IMG/VR virus record: IMGVR_UViG_2636415851_000001
Location: 1 to 64,000 of that record
DNA from: a virus
Taxonomy: Duplodnaviria > Caudoviricetes
Strand: one strand, 5' to 3'
DNA: 64,000 bases
Under the pieces are notes generated by a model. The model was not told where the DNA came from. It saw only the letters and a list, made by a program, of their open reading frames with translations, and did no database searches. A program made the translations under genes and the position numbers. This document shows, piece after piece, positions 44,384-54,827 of the stretch. The stretch's first letter is position 1; every line of letters begins with the position of its first letter.

Positions 44384-46337
44384 GTGGGCGAAAGCCGAGC
44401 GAGTTTATCCCGAAACAGCTGGCCATCCTGGTCCGCGCAACCCCTACAAGACGCCGTACATGGTGCCCTTCACGATGGCCGTGCATGGGCGCACCCACAA
44501 GCGCGTCGTCATGGTGGTGTCCGCGCAGTCAGGGAAATCGGAGTCCTTCCTCGACATCATCGGGGAACGGCTCGACACCGCACCGGTACCGACGCTCTAT
44601 GTCGGGCCGTCGAAGCGGTTCATCACCGAGCAATGGGAGCCTCGCATCGACGAGCTCCTGACGACGACTGTCCTCGCCGATCGCATGGCCGCCAAGAGCC
44701 GGCAGACAAAGACGCGCAAGCTGGTCAACGGCGTGCCGCTTCGTCTGGCGCACGGCGGCTCCACCGGTGCCATGAAATCGGATCCGTTCGGCCTCGCGCT
44801 GACGGACGAGGCGGACGAGCTCATGAAGGAGCTGAAGGGCCAGGGTAACCCGGTCGGCCTGATCGACGCCCGCGGCGATACCTACGCGGATTTCGTGCAC
44901 GCCATCACGTCAACGCCAAGTGAGGGGGCGACTGAGGTGGAGACGGATCCAGAGAGCGGCCTTGAGTTTTGGGCCGACAGCGACCCGGACGAGATCAAGT
45001 CGACCATCTGGCGGCTCTGGCTCACCGGCACCAGGTACCATTGGGCATGGCCGTGCCCACATTGCGGGACGTTCTTCATCCCGCGGTTTGCCTGCCTTGG
45101 GTGGGACAAGCCGAAAGACGGCAAGGGGAGGGAGCTGCCATCCACCCCGATCATGGCAAAGAACACTGCGCACCTCATCTGTCCTGAAGGGTGCATCATC
45201 TACGAGCACGAAGCATCGCCCGACGGCGAGACGCTGACGAAGGAGTGGATGAACAACCGCGGCGTCTACGTCGCTCCCGGCCAGTCGATCGACCCCGATG
45301 GGACGGTCAACGGTCCTCCGCCTGAAGCAACCACCCTCAGCTATTGGGTGTCCGGCCTGTGCTCACCCTTCGTTTCGTGGGGTGAGAGAGCGCAGCGCTA
45401 CGTCGAAGCTGTCCGGTCCGGCAACCCCGGTGACATCCAGACGGTGAAGAACCAGGGCTTCGGCGAGCTCTACACTCCCGGCGGCGGCAACGCTCCGGAC
45501 TGGACGGAAGTCGAGAAGTGCGCAGACGACTACCAGATGGGCGATGTCCCTGAAGGTGCTCGTATCCTGACGCTCACCTGTGACGTCCAGAAGGACAGGC
45601 TGGTCTACACCATCCGCGGGTGGGGCGCCGGCGGCACCTCTTGGCTTGTCGAAGCGGCCGAGATCTACGGACCGACCGAGGAGCAGGAGGTGTGGGATAC
45701 GCTCGCCAACGTGGTGACGGATACCTACGACGGCATCCCGATCCGCCTAGCGCTGATCGACTCCGGCTTCCGCCCTGGCAAGAAGTTCGTGGTTCCGGAG
45801 CACCGGGTCTATGCCTTCGCGCGCCGGTTCCCGAACCTAGTCCGGGCGACCAAGGGCGCGTCAACCAGCATGCGCAAGCCGATCGTGGCCAACATGATCG
45901 ACGTGCTCATCAACGGCAAGACGTACAAGAAGGGCCTCGAGCTGCTGCGGCTCGACACGGACTATTTCAAGTCGTGGGTGCAGCAGAAGATCCGGTGGGA
46001 GAAGGACGCCCCCGGCGCATGGTTCGTGCCGGAAGACGTTACCGAGGACTACTGCAAGCAGGTCGTTTCCGAAGTCCGGATCAAGTCGCCCGGCGGCAAG
46101 GTCAAGTGGGTAGCCAAGTCCAAGCTCAACCACTTCCTCGACTGTGAGGCCATGCAGGCTGCCGCTGCGATGATCCTCAACCTGGCAAAGCTGCGAGACG
46201 GTCCACCGGCAACGCGCCGGGCGGCCAGACCTGAAACCCCGCAACAGACCGATCCAGAGACGCCGCCGCGCCAGCCACCTCCAAAGAGGGGCGAACGCTC
46301 CGGCCTGTGGGGCGGTAAGAGAGAGAGCATCTGGTAA
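44268..46337 (+). CDS. Terminase large subunit (lambda GpA family)
   Basis: SAQSGKSE, LTDEAD, STP, WPCPHC, TCDVQ, IDSG, NHFLDCE. Confidence 0.93.
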   Translation: MTSSIVRGSGSRIVSPKSGKLFARVEKILTPRPRTTPIEWAKAERVYPETAGHPGPRNPYKTPYMVPFTMAVHGRTHKRVVMVVSAQSGKSESFLDIIGERLDTAPVPTLYVGPSKRFITEQWEPRIDELLTTTVLADRMAAKSRQTKTRKLVNGVPLRLAHGGSTGAMKSDPFGLALTDEADELMKELKGQGNPVGLIDARGDTYADFVHAITSTPSEGATEVETDPESGLEFWADSDPDEIKSTIWRLWLTGTRYHWAWPCPHCGTFFIPRFACLGWDKPKDGKGRELPSTPIMAKNTAHLICPEGCIIYEHEASPDGETLTKEWMNNRGVYVAPGQSIDPDGTVNGPPPEATTLSYWVSGLCSPFVSWGERAQRYVEAVRSGNPGDIQTVKNQGFGELYTPGGGNAPDWTEVEKCADDYQMGDVPEGARILTLTCDVQKDRLVYTIRGWGAGGTSWLVEAAEIYGPTEEQEVWDTLANVVTDTYDGIPIRLALIDSGFRPGKKFVVPEHRVYAFARRFPNLVRATKGASTSMRKPIVANMIDVLINGKTYKKGLELLRLDTDYFKSWVQQKIRWEKDAPGAWFVPEDVTEDYCKQVVSEVRIKSPGGKVKWVAKSKLNHFLDCEAMQAAAAMILNLAKLRDGPPATRRAARPETPQQTDPETPPRQPPPKRGERSGLWGGKRESIW

Positions 46338-46567
46338 TGGCCGAGATCGTCATCGAAACGCTGACCCTTGAGGAGAAGGTATCGCTCCTCAAGGACTTGA
46401 AGGAGGCCTACTTCTCAGGCGCGTCTCGTGTCCGGTTCCGGGAACGGGACGTCACCTACCGCTCTGCCGTCGAGATGAAGAAGATCATCGACCAGCTGGA
46501 GGGCAGCATTGTCATCCGGCCGAAAAGGCGGGTCATCCTTACGACGTTCGGTGGGGGGTACCGCTGA
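46337..46567 (+). CDS. gpW-like head-tail joining protein
   Basis: AYFSGASRVRFRERDVTYRS. Confidence 0.85.
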   Translation: MAEIVIETLTLEEKVSLLKDLKEAYFSGASRVRFRERDVTYRSAVEMKKIIDQLEGSIVIRPKRRVILTTFGGGYR

Positions 46568-48153
46568 TGGCAAATCTTATCGACAGGGCCGTCGGTTACT
46601 TCAGCCCGAAGCGTGGCGCAGAGCGCGCCGCGCATCGTCGCCGGATGGAGATCCTACAAGGAGGGACACGCGGGTATGAAGGTGCATCGGTCGGCCGGCT
46701 TGCTGCGAACTGGTACTCTCAGGCGACTAGCGCGGACGCTGAAATCGGCCGTAGCGGCAAGACCCTTCGGAACCGATCGCGCGATGCTGTCCGCAATAAT
46801 CCGCTCGCGAAGAAGATCGTAAATGTCCACGCCAACCACATGGTCGGCTTCGGCATCACGCCTCGAGCCAAAGTCACTGGAGACAATGCTGACGGTGACA
46901 AGGCAAAGAAAGTCAATGATCTCTTTGATGAATGGATCAAGGTCGCCTTCGTAGGCATGCAGACCGACTTCTATGGCGGCTGTAAGATCATGGCGAAGAT
47001 GATGGTGCAGGACGGCGAGGTCTACGCCAGAAAGCGCCTTCGTCGACCTGAGGACGGGCTGCCGGTACCCCTCCAGATCGAGCTCCTCAATGCGGATCAA
47101 TGCGATTGGGGGAAGGTCGGTGCAGTCGGGACCAACCCCGGCAACAAGGTCATCCAGGGCGTCGAGTTCGATGCGATCGGGCGTCGTCGCGGTTATTGGA
47201 TGTTCCCCTACAACCCGTCGTCAAGCGTGTTCATGGTGGGTCCCTATGGCAGCAAGTTCGTGCCGGCCGAAGAAATCATTCACCTGTACGAGGCGGACGA
47301 GAACCAAGTGCACGGTGTGCCTTGGATGCACTCAGTCCTCACCGACCTCAAGGATCTGAAAGACTACATTCTGGCGGAGAACATCCGAAAGAAAGTCGAG
47401 TCCTGCATGGTGGGAATGGTGATTCCCGGTGAGGACGAGAACCCCCTCGAGGATCCGAACGTCGGGCTGGAGGAGCCATCTCTACCGGTAGGCGAACGAA
47501 ACCCTAAAGGCGCGTTGGTCACCGACGTCTATGGCTATCCGTTCGAGAGGATGGAGCCTGGGATGTTCGGCGTCCTGCACGGCGGCAAGGACATCAAGTT
47601 CAACACTCCGGCGATCTCGGCGGGGATAGAGGCCTACATCCGGACACGCCACCGCGACATCGCGGCCGGCGCGCTTCTGCCCTACGAGTTGCTGACAGGT
47701 GACTACAGCCAGGCGAATTTCGCCTCCGGCAAGCTGGGGCTTCTGGAGTACAAGGGCTTCGTCGAGGGGATGCAGTGGCACACGCTGATCCCGAACTTCA
47801 ATGTGATCTACTCCTGGTTTGTCGATACGGCAAAGGACGCCGGCAAGATCCCCCGCGATTGGGAGGTCAAGGCCGAGTGGACCCCGCCGGAGTTCGAGAG
47901 CATCACCCGCCTCGACGACGCTCGCGCCGACCTTCTGGAAATGCGGATGGGCAAACGCACGCCGCAGGAAGTCATCGCGAGGACGGGCCGAAACCCGAGA
48001 ACGGTTCTGGCCGAGTTCGACGAGTGGTTCACCGAAGTCGACAAGACGAAAAGCAAACTGATCTTCGACAGCGATCCCCGAAAGGTGTCCATCAACGGAC
48101 AGCTGCAGGGCCCCTCTGCCGAAGGGAAGGAAAACGGAGAGGGCAATGCCTGA
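46567..48153 (+). CDS. Portal protein, lambda family
   Basis: YEGAS.GR, LRNRSRDAVRNN, DGEV, GVEFD..GR. Confidence 0.93.
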   Translation: MANLIDRAVGYFSPKRGAERAAHRRRMEILQGGTRGYEGASVGRLAANWYSQATSADAEIGRSGKTLRNRSRDAVRNNPLAKKIVNVHANHMVGFGITPRAKVTGDNADGDKAKKVNDLFDEWIKVAFVGMQTDFYGGCKIMAKMMVQDGEVYARKRLRRPEDGLPVPLQIELLNADQCDWGKVGAVGTNPGNKVIQGVEFDAIGRRRGYWMFPYNPSSSVFMVGPYGSKFVPAEEIIHLYEADENQVHGVPWMHSVLTDLKDLKDYILAENIRKKVESCMVGMVIPGEDENPLEDPNVGLEEPSLPVGERNPKGALVTDVYGYPFERMEPGMFGVLHGGKDIKFNTPAISAGIEAYIRTRHRDIAAGALLPYELLTGDYSQANFASGKLGLLEYKGFVEGMQWHTLIPNFNVIYSWFVDTAKDAGKIPRDWEVKAEWTPPEFESITRLDDARADLLEMRMGKRTPQEVIARTGRNPRTVLAEFDEWFTEVDKTKSKLIFDSDPRKVSINGQLQGPSAEGKENGEGNA

Positions 48154-50359
48154 GGCTATCCGAAAGGCTCTTGAGAAAGAGATCCGGATCCCGATGACGC
48201 TGAGAAGCGAGGTCGAGGTGCGGGCCGGTACTCTGGACGAGGACGACCGCTCGGTCGAAGTCTGCTGGACGACCGGCGCAGCAGTGAAGCGGTACTCCTA
48301 TGATGAGGGGTACTACATGGAAGAGCTCGTCGTGGACAAGAAGGCGATCCGCACGGACCGCTTCAACGCCATGTCTCTCCTCGACACCCATGAACGCTGG
48401 TCCATGGACTCGAGGTTGGGCACCGTTGTGCCAGGCACTCTCCGCATCGAAGGGGGGAAGGGGTACGCCCGCATCCGCTTTTCAAAGAAGCAGCGAGCCG
48501 AGGAGATCCTGCAGGATCTGAGGGACGGGCACCCGCTCCCGATCTCGGTTGGCTACAAGATCCACCGGTACGAGAAAACCGAAGGGGCGGACGGAAAGCT
48601 GCCGACCCTGAGGGCAGTCGATTGGGAACCCATGGAGTTTTCCGCGGTCCCGATACCGGCAGATTCCGGAGCAACGTCACGGTCCGAGCCCAAGGGCGAC
48701 GACATTCAAACCGTCCTGGTCCGGCAGGAAGCACCCAACGCAGCCGCGGCTGCAACAGACGAGGAACGACCGATGAATAAGCGCGATGCCGCGAAGACGT
48801 ACAAGGGTGAACAGCTCGACGCTCTGGCCCTTGGTGTAGGCCTCTCCCGCAATGCGAACGAGACGGACGAAGCTCTGAGCAAGCGTCTTCTGGCTTTGTT
48901 CGATCAGCAGGACGAGCAGGCCCGCAAGGACGAGGAAGATGCGAAGAAGCGTGCCGATGCTGAGGACGCCGCTCGCCGCGCAGCTGACGACGAAGAAGCC
49001 CGGACCCGCGCGGCCGGCAACGGCTCGCAGCAGCAGGCCGCAGGCCTCAATGAGGCTGACGCGGCTCGCATCGCCCGTGCAGCCGTTGAAGCAGACCGGA
49101 AGCGTCAGAACGAGATCAAGGAATTGGCCCGTTCGGCTGGGATCAAGGACGATGACGAGACGGTCCGCAGGGCGATTGACGACAACATGAGCGTCGAAGA
49201 CTTCCGGCGTGCGGCCTTCGACATCATGATCGCCCGCCAGAACCAGTCGCCGACCTTCCCGCATGTGGAGACTCGCGGAATGCAGGACGCCCAGGAAACC
49301 ACCCGCAACATGGTGGCCAATGCAATCCTGCATCGCTCCGGCATCGTCGACAATCTAGAAGACGGCGCGCGTGAATGGCGTTCGATGGGCACCATGGACA
49401 TTGTCAAGGAACTCCTGCGCATGCGCGGCGAGAGCACCCGTGGCAACATCCATGACGTGGCATCCCGCGCTCTGCACAGCACCAGTGACTTCCCGATCAT
49501 TCTCGGGGACATCACCCGCCAGACCCTGCTGAATGCCTACGGTCGGTACGAGAACACGTTCCAGCTCTTCGCGACCCAGCAGCTCCTGTCGGACTTCCGT
49601 GAAACGAAGGTGCTCGACATCGGTTCGGCTCCGGACCTGAAGCTGAAGAACGAGCACGGCGAGTTCGTTGCCGGCACCGTTCGCGAGTCGGAAGAGGGCA
49701 TGAAGCTCCAGTCGTATGGTCGCAAGATCGGGTTTACCCGTGAGATGCTGATCAACGACCAGCTGAACGCCTTCATGCAGATCGTCGCGAATTGGGGTCT
49801 GAAAGCAGCGAAGCTCGAAGGCGACGTCGTATGGGGCGCCATCATCGACAACGCCAAGCTGAAGGACGGCAAGGGCCTGTTCCATGCCGACCACAAGAAC
49901 CTCGCCGCCGCCGGCTCTACGCTCGACATGGACGCCCTCAAGGCAGCTCGCCTTGCGTTCCGTCAGCAGAAGGATCTCGATGGCGAGTCCATCAATGTCA
50001 CGCCGAAGTATCTCTTCACCGGCGCTGACCTTGAGATCGCGGCTCAGACGCTGATCACCGGCATCACCGTGCCGACACAGATCGGCGATGTCGTGCCGCA
50101 GGCGATCCGCTCCCTGGTCCCGGTCTACGAGCATCGCCTCGACAAGATCACGCTTGCAGCGTGGTTCCTGTTCGCAGACGCCGCATCGACCATGGGCCGC
50201 GGCATCCACTACCTGCACCTGCTCGGCGCGGAAACCCCGCGGACTAACGAGCGCATCGGCTTCGACGTCGAAGGTGTCGAGTACACGATCGCCCATGATT
50301 TCGGCGTCGGCCTGACTGACTACCGGTTCGCCTACAAGAACCCGGGCATCGCCAAGTAA
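48146..50359 (+). CDS. Prohead protease / scaffold / major capsid fusion protein
   Basis: LLDTH, ISVGY, WEPMEFSAVPIPAD protease; HSTSDFP, YGRKIGFTREMLIND, LFHADHKN capsid. Confidence 0.92.
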   Translation: MPEAIRKALEKEIRIPMTLRSEVEVRAGTLDEDDRSVEVCWTTGAAVKRYSYDEGYYMEELVVDKKAIRTDRFNAMSLLDTHERWSMDSRLGTVVPGTLRIEGGKGYARIRFSKKQRAEEILQDLRDGHPLPISVGYKIHRYEKTEGADGKLPTLRAVDWEPMEFSAVPIPADSGATSRSEPKGDDIQTVLVRQEAPNAAAAATDEERPMNKRDAAKTYKGEQLDALALGVGLSRNANETDEALSKRLLALFDQQDEQARKDEEDAKKRADAEDAARRAADDEEARTRAAGNGSQQQAAGLNEADAARIARAAVEADRKRQNEIKELARSAGIKDDDETVRRAIDDNMSVEDFRRAAFDIMIARQNQSPTFPHVETRGMQDAQETTRNMVANAILHRSGIVDNLEDGAREWRSMGTMDIVKELLRMRGESTRGNIHDVASRALHSTSDFPIILGDITRQTLLNAYGRYENTFQLFATQQLLSDFRETKVLDIGSAPDLKLKNEHGEFVAGTVRESEEGMKLQSYGRKIGFTREMLINDQLNAFMQIVANWGLKAAKLEGDVVWGAIIDNAKLKDGKGLFHADHKNLAAAGSTLDMDALKAARLAFRQQKDLDGESINVTPKYLFTGADLEIAAQTLITGITVPTQIGDVVPQAIRSLVPVYEHRLDKITLAAWFLFADAASTMGRGIHYLHLLGAETPRTNERIGFDVEGVEYTIAHDFGVGLTDYRFAYKNPGIAK

Positions 50360-50385
50360 GCCCAGGCTGAAGGCCCAACCCCACC

Positions 50386-50412
50386 AAGCGCCGGCTAACC
50401 ACCGGCGCTTTT
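50386..50412 (+). terminator. Intrinsic terminator after the capsid gene
   Basis: AAGCGCCGG-loop-CCGGCGCTTTT. Confidence 0.65.
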
Positions 50413-50439
50413 CAATTCGCGAAAAACGGGAGATCCCCA

Positions 50440-50769
50440 ATGCGCAATTTCATTCAGCCGGGCAAGGTTCTGACCGCGGTCGCCCCCTCCGGCGGCGTTG
50501 TCAGTGGCCAGCTCGTACAGGTTGGCCTCATCATCGGCGTGGCCGCCACGAGCGCTGCCGAAGGCGAGCAGTATGAGCTCGCGCTCGGCGAGGTCTACGA
50601 ACTGCCGAAGGTCTCGGCTCAGGCGTGGACGATGGGTGCCGCCATCTACATGGATGCGACCGGCATCGCCACAACTGTTGCAACGGACAATACCAAGATC
50701 GGCGTCGCCGCTGCAGCCGCAGCCAACCCGTCGGGCTCTGGCCTGGTCCGTCTCAACGACAACTTCTAA
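50440..50769 (+). CDS. DUF2190 capsid cement/decoration protein
   Basis: MRNFIQPG...GGVVSG...GEVYELPK. Confidence 0.85.
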   Translation: MRNFIQPGKVLTAVAPSGGVVSGQLVQVGLIIGVAATSAAEGEQYELALGEVYELPKVSAQAWTMGAAIYMDATGIATTVATDNTKIGVAAAAAANPSGSGLVRLNDNF

Positions 50770-50824
50770 CCGACTGTCGGCGGCCTGAAACACGGCTGCC
50801 GCAATCCCACAAGGAACCACGCCA

Positions 50825-51058
50825 ATGACGACCAAGTACCGCGCCAAGATCGACACCATGATCGACGGCAAGCCGGTCCGTGAAGGCGCCGAGGTCAATG
50901 GCCTCTCCGAGGACAAGGCGAAGGGCTACCTGAAGGCCGGCCTGATCGAGGAAGACAAGCCTGCCGCCAAGGACAAGGACACCGAGAAGACCGACAAGGT
51001 TTTCGAGGACGCCGCCAAGCGCATCGACACAACGTCGGACAAGCGAACCGAGAAGTAA
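50825..51058 (+). CDS. Small head-associated hypothetical protein
   Basis: 77 aa ORF with RBS. Confidence 0.6.
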   Translation: MTTKYRAKIDTMIDGKPVREGAEVNGLSEDKAKGYLKAGLIEEDKPAAKDKDTEKTDKVFEDAAKRIDTTSDKRTEK

Positions 51059-51070
51059 GGGTTCAATCCT

Positions 51071-51535
51071 ATGGCAATTTTCGACCGCCTTGACCGTCTG
51101 ACGAGCAGGGCGGTCGATACCGTCAACGCGATCCCGTTCACGTTCACCCCGATGAAGGGGACGCCGAACGGACGACCCGGGCCGGATCCTGACAGGGTGG
51201 CGCTGCCGCTTACAGTCGTGGTTGGCGGCGCTGAGGTTCCCGGCCCGATGCCGAGAGGGATCTTTGACTATGTCTCCACCGAGTACGGTATCCAGCTGGG
51301 TGTCCGAAAGTCCTACCGTGAAGCGAACGACCTCCGTGCGCTCCAGATTGGACGAGACCCGCAGCTGTCGATCGACCGGAAATACTGGCCGAGTGCAGAT
51401 TGGGAGCCGAAGCAGGGCGACCTGATCTCCTTCCCGCTCAATCCCGACCTCCCTGAGTTTCAGGTGAGCTCGTCTCAACGCGATGGGCTGTCCCGGATGG
51501 TCCTGATGCTGATCACCATAGGAGCGCAGGCATGA
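51071..51535 (+). CDS. Putative head closure (FII-like) protein
   Basis: Position; PKQGDLI...RDGLSRMVL. Confidence 0.6.
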   Translation: MAIFDRLDRLTSRAVDTVNAIPFTFTPMKGTPNGRPGPDPDRVALPLTVVVGGAEVPGPMPRGIFDYVSTEYGIQLGVRKSYREANDLRALQIGRDPQLSIDRKYWPSADWEPKQGDLISFPLNPDLPEFQVSSSQRDGLSRMVLMLITIGAQA

Positions 51536-52290
51536 GCTTGTACCGCCTCGTTTCGCGGCTCGCTGTCGTGTCCGCTCTCAACAATTACATGGCGGCGCCA
51601 TGGCCCACGCTGGCCGGGCCCAACATCTTCGACTCCAAGATCGAGCCGGTCGAGGACATGGCGAAGGACCGGGCGTTCCCGTGCTGCGTCGTCTACACCG
51701 ACTACGACAAGGACCACTGGAGCAAGGCGCCCGCCGGCCACAAGTCGCGGATGATGACCGTGACGCTCGAGCTCCTGATCGTGCAGACGGCGCAGGACCA
51801 GTCCACCGCGGATCCCTACAAGCTGGAATGCCCCTTCACCGACAGCGAGATCGAGACGTCGCTCGACATCTTCGAGACGCAGATCTTCCGCGCGCTGGGC
51901 GAGGGGACAGAGGCCTCCGACGCCTTCAACTACATCTGCCCGGGTGTCGAGAACGTCATCAGCCGGCGCGGCGCATCGATCGAAGGCGGCCAGCGGCTGG
52001 CTGCGCGCCAGATCACGCTGGAAATGAAGACGATACGGGAGAACATCCAAGGCACCATCCCGCCGCAGATCGCCGCTTTCCTCGACAGGGCCGAGCAGCA
52101 TCCGGACTATGCCGACCGGATCATCGACATCCGGGCAGCAATGACCTCACCGGCCACCAAGACGCCGAACGAGCGCTACATGCAGGCCTTCGGCTACAGC
52201 CGCGATACATCGGCGAGGCTCGGGCGCCCGGTAGGGCCGCAGGTGATGCTGCCGGCAAACCTGACGTTCACGCTCAACACGGGAGGGTGA
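51532..52290 (+). CDS. Putative tail terminator protein
   Basis: TLAGPNIFDS...PCCVVYTD pattern; position. Confidence 0.55.
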   Translation: MSLYRLVSRLAVVSALNNYMAAPWPTLAGPNIFDSKIEPVEDMAKDRAFPCCVVYTDYDKDHWSKAPAGHKSRMMTVTLELLIVQTAQDQSTADPYKLECPFTDSEIETSLDIFETQIFRALGEGTEASDAFNYICPGVENVISRRGASIEGGQRLAARQITLEMKTIRENIQGTIPPQIAAFLDRAEQHPDYADRIIDIRAAMTSPATKTPNERYMQAFGYSRDTSARLGRPVGPQVMLPANLTFTLNTGG

Positions 52291-52291
52291 C

Positions 52292-52885
52292 ATGACCTCC
52301 CGTGCAATGGCCGCATTCAATCGGCTGATCGAGCGGATACGGCGACTCGAGCAGGTGGTGTCCCGCCAGCAGACGCGGCTCAACAACGTCTTCCGCGAAG
52401 GGAGCGTCGTCGAGGTCGACCACGAGACCGGCCGCGCGATCGTCAACGCCCACGGTGTTCTGTCTCCCCTGGTGCCGTCCCTGCAGCAGGCGGGCGAGGT
52501 CAACCGGTGGACGCCGCTGTCGGTTGGCCAGCGAGTGGTGCTGTGTTGCCCGGGCGGCGACATCAGCCGCTCGTTCATCATGCCAGGCGGCTACACGGAC
52601 GACGTCAAGCAGCCGCACGACAAGGGTGCCGAGGAGCGCACGTCGATCGGTGAAGCCGTGATCACTCACACGGGTGAAGGCTTCTTCTTCTCGGTCGGCG
52701 GGGCCACCCTGAAATTCACTAAAGAGGGTCTCTTCGTGGACGTCGACGGCGTCTCCTACAAGGTGACCGGCAACGGCGTCGAGCAGTTCGGCGGCGTGAA
52801 GGAACATGACGGCCTCAACGTGGGAAGCACCCACGTCCATGGCGGCGTGGTCCCGGGGGGGGCAGACACCGTCGGGCCGCACTAG
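52292..52885 (+). CDS. Baseplate spike (P2 gpV-like)
   Basis: WTPLSVGQRVVLCCPGGD; C-terminal THVHGGV. Confidence 0.88.
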   Translation: MTSRAMAAFNRLIERIRRLEQVVSRQQTRLNNVFREGSVVEVDHETGRAIVNAHGVLSPLVPSLQQAGEVNRWTPLSVGQRVVLCCPGGDISRSFIMPGGYTDDVKQPHDKGAEERTSIGEAVITHTGEGFFFSVGGATLKFTKEGLFVDVDGVSYKVTGNGVEQFGGVKEHDGLNVGSTHVHGGVVPGGADTVGPH

Positions 52886-52897
52886 AGGTAAATCGAA

Positions 52898-53248
52898 ATG
52901 GCAGATCTCTCCCGCAAACTGCGGAGACCGACGACGAACCACCTGATGTTCTGGTGCCCCGGTTGTGACGGCGCGCACCAGATACGGGTGGGGGAAGGCG
53001 ATGGCCCCGGATGGTCCTGGAACGGAGACCCTGAAAGGCCGACCTTCCGACCTTCGATACTGGTGCAGGGCCACGAACCCCTGACCGACGAGGAACACGA
53101 AGCGATCATGAGCGGGAAGGTCAACGGCGTGCAAACCCGCCGGATCGTCTGCCACTCGTTCGTCACCGACGGGAAGATCCAGTTCCTCAACGACTGCACC
53201 CACGAGCTCGCCGGCCAGACCGTGGATCTGCCGGACTTCGAGTCCTGA
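52898..53248 (+). CDS. DUF6527-like Cys/His metal-binding protein
   Basis: FWCPGC...H, WSWNGD..RPTF.PSIL, CHSFVTDG.IQFL.DCTH. Confidence 0.7.
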   Translation: MADLSRKLRRPTTNHLMFWCPGCDGAHQIRVGEGDGPGWSWNGDPERPTFRPSILVQGHEPLTDEEHEAIMSGKVNGVQTRRIVCHSFVTDGKIQFLNDCTHELAGQTVDLPDFES

Positions 53249-53268
53249 AGCCACGAAAGGAAACCACC

Positions 53269-53499
53269 ATGAAGAAGTCTTACGTCGCCAATGTCACCGG
53301 CTGGATCAACGGGGCCCACCGCATCAAGGGCCGGTCAGTCGGCGAGCTGACCGACGACGAGGCCAAGTACCTCGTTCAGTCCGGGCAGATCATCGAGAAG
53401 GAGGCCGCCGAGAAGGCGAAGGCCGAACGGAAGGCGGAGCCTGACCCGGCAACGCTCGACATGAAGACCGGCAACGGGAAGGTGGAAAGGACTCGCTGA
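53269..53499 (+). CDS. Small hypothetical protein
   Basis: ELTDDEAKYL; RBS. Confidence 0.6.
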   Translation: MKKSYVANVTGWINGAHRIKGRSVGELTDDEAKYLVQSGQIIEKEAAEKAKAERKAEPDPATLDMKTGNGKVERTR

Positions 53500-53921
53500 T
53501 GACGAGGGTAGGCCTAGACAAGCAGACAGGCCGCCCTCTTCTCGGATGGGCGCACTGCGTCCAGAGCATTTCCACCATCATCTCCACCGAGCTCAATGAG
53601 CGCGTCCAGCGCCGTGGGTTCGGTGGGCGCCTCATGCGCCTGATCGACAGGCCGCAGAACGAAGAGACCATCATCGACATCTACGTCAGCGTGGCCGAGG
53701 CGCTTGAGCCGCGGAAGGTGGAAGGCCGCGAGTACGGCGAGCCCGGCTTCGTTCTCCTGAGGACCAGCCTCGACGCTGGTACGCCAGGTCGCCTCCTCCT
53801 TCTGGTCAGCGGGGTGTTCTTCGAGAACGGCCACCTGGGCGACTACAGCAACCCGAAGCTGACGGAGGTCGCCTTCGCTATCACGGAGAATGATGGGCAG
53901 ATCGCTCTCGCTCCAACATAA
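53499..53921 (+). CDS. Baseplate wedge gpW/gp25-like
   Basis: GLDKQTGR..HCVQSI..I.ST...RVQRRGFG. Confidence 0.88.
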   Translation: MTRVGLDKQTGRPLLGWAHCVQSISTIISTELNERVQRRGFGGRLMRLIDRPQNEETIIDIYVSVAEALEPRKVEGREYGEPGFVLLRTSLDAGTPGRLLLLVSGVFFENGHLGDYSNPKLTEVAFAITENDGQIALAPT

Positions 53922-53939
53922 CCCTGAAAGGAACGAGCG

Positions 53940-54827
53940 TTGGCAAACTCAACCATCGACCTCTCGACGCTCCCCCCGCCAAGGTCGATCGAGGAGCTCG
54001 ACTATGAGGTTTACGTCGCCAGGGCGACGGTCGAGTTCAAGGCGGTATGGGCGGCGGTCAAGCTGGCCAACCCTGAAATAGATCTGCCGGACTACAATCT
54101 CGAGCTCCTCGAGACTGACCCGTTCATGATCATCAACGAGAGTGAGAGCGCGCGCGAAACAAAGCTGCGCGCCCGCATCAATGAAGCGCTGAGGGCGACG
54201 CTTCTCGCCTTCGCCACGGGCGCAGATCTCGACAATCTCGGCGCCTTCTATGACGTCCTGAGGTTGGTGGGCGAAAGGGACGACAGGTTCGTCGCCAGAA
54301 TCATCCTCGCAATTCAGGGGCGCTCAACCGGCGGTACCGAGCCTCGCTACAAGTACGTGGCCATGACGGCTGATACGAGGGTGAAGGACGCGATCGTCTA
54401 CACCGTCGGTCGCAGCCCGCTGATCCATGTCGCAATCTTCTCGACGGACCCGGGCGGCGTGGCGTCGCCGGAGCTCGTGTCGATTGTGGACGCGGCCCTG
54501 CAGGATCCGGCGGTGAAGATGGTGAACGACACCATCGTTGTGGCGTCGGCCGTGCAGACGACAGTCAACCTTGAGGCGGACATCTGGCTCCTCCCTGACG
54601 CATCGGACGCAGTCAGGAATGCAGCGGCGGAGAACCTACGGGCTCAGTGGGCGCTGCATCAGTCGCTAGGCAAGGATCTCACGCAAAGCTGGTGGACGTC
54701 CAAGCTGATGATCGGAGGCGTCCACAAGGTCGTGCCGATCTCGCCCGTCGGTGACGTCGTGGCGCCGCCATCCGAGGCAATCGCGATCGGCACGATAACA
54801 CTCAACAACAGAGGACGGGCTTTCTGA
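53940..54827 (+). CDS. Baseplate J-like protein
   Basis: IDLSTLPPP..IEELDYE, AFATGADLDNLGA. Confidence 0.9.
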   Translation: MANSTIDLSTLPPPRSIEELDYEVYVARATVEFKAVWAAVKLANPEIDLPDYNLELLETDPFMIINESESARETKLRARINEALRATLLAFATGADLDNLGAFYDVLRLVGERDDRFVARIILAIQGRSTGGTEPRYKYVAMTADTRVKDAIVYTVGRSPLIHVAIFSTDPGGVASPELVSIVDAALQDPAVKMVNDTIVVASAVQTTVNLEADIWLLPDASDAVRNAAAENLRAQWALHQSLGKDLTQSWWTSKLMIGGVHKVVPISPVGDVVAPPSEAIAIGTITLNNRGRAF

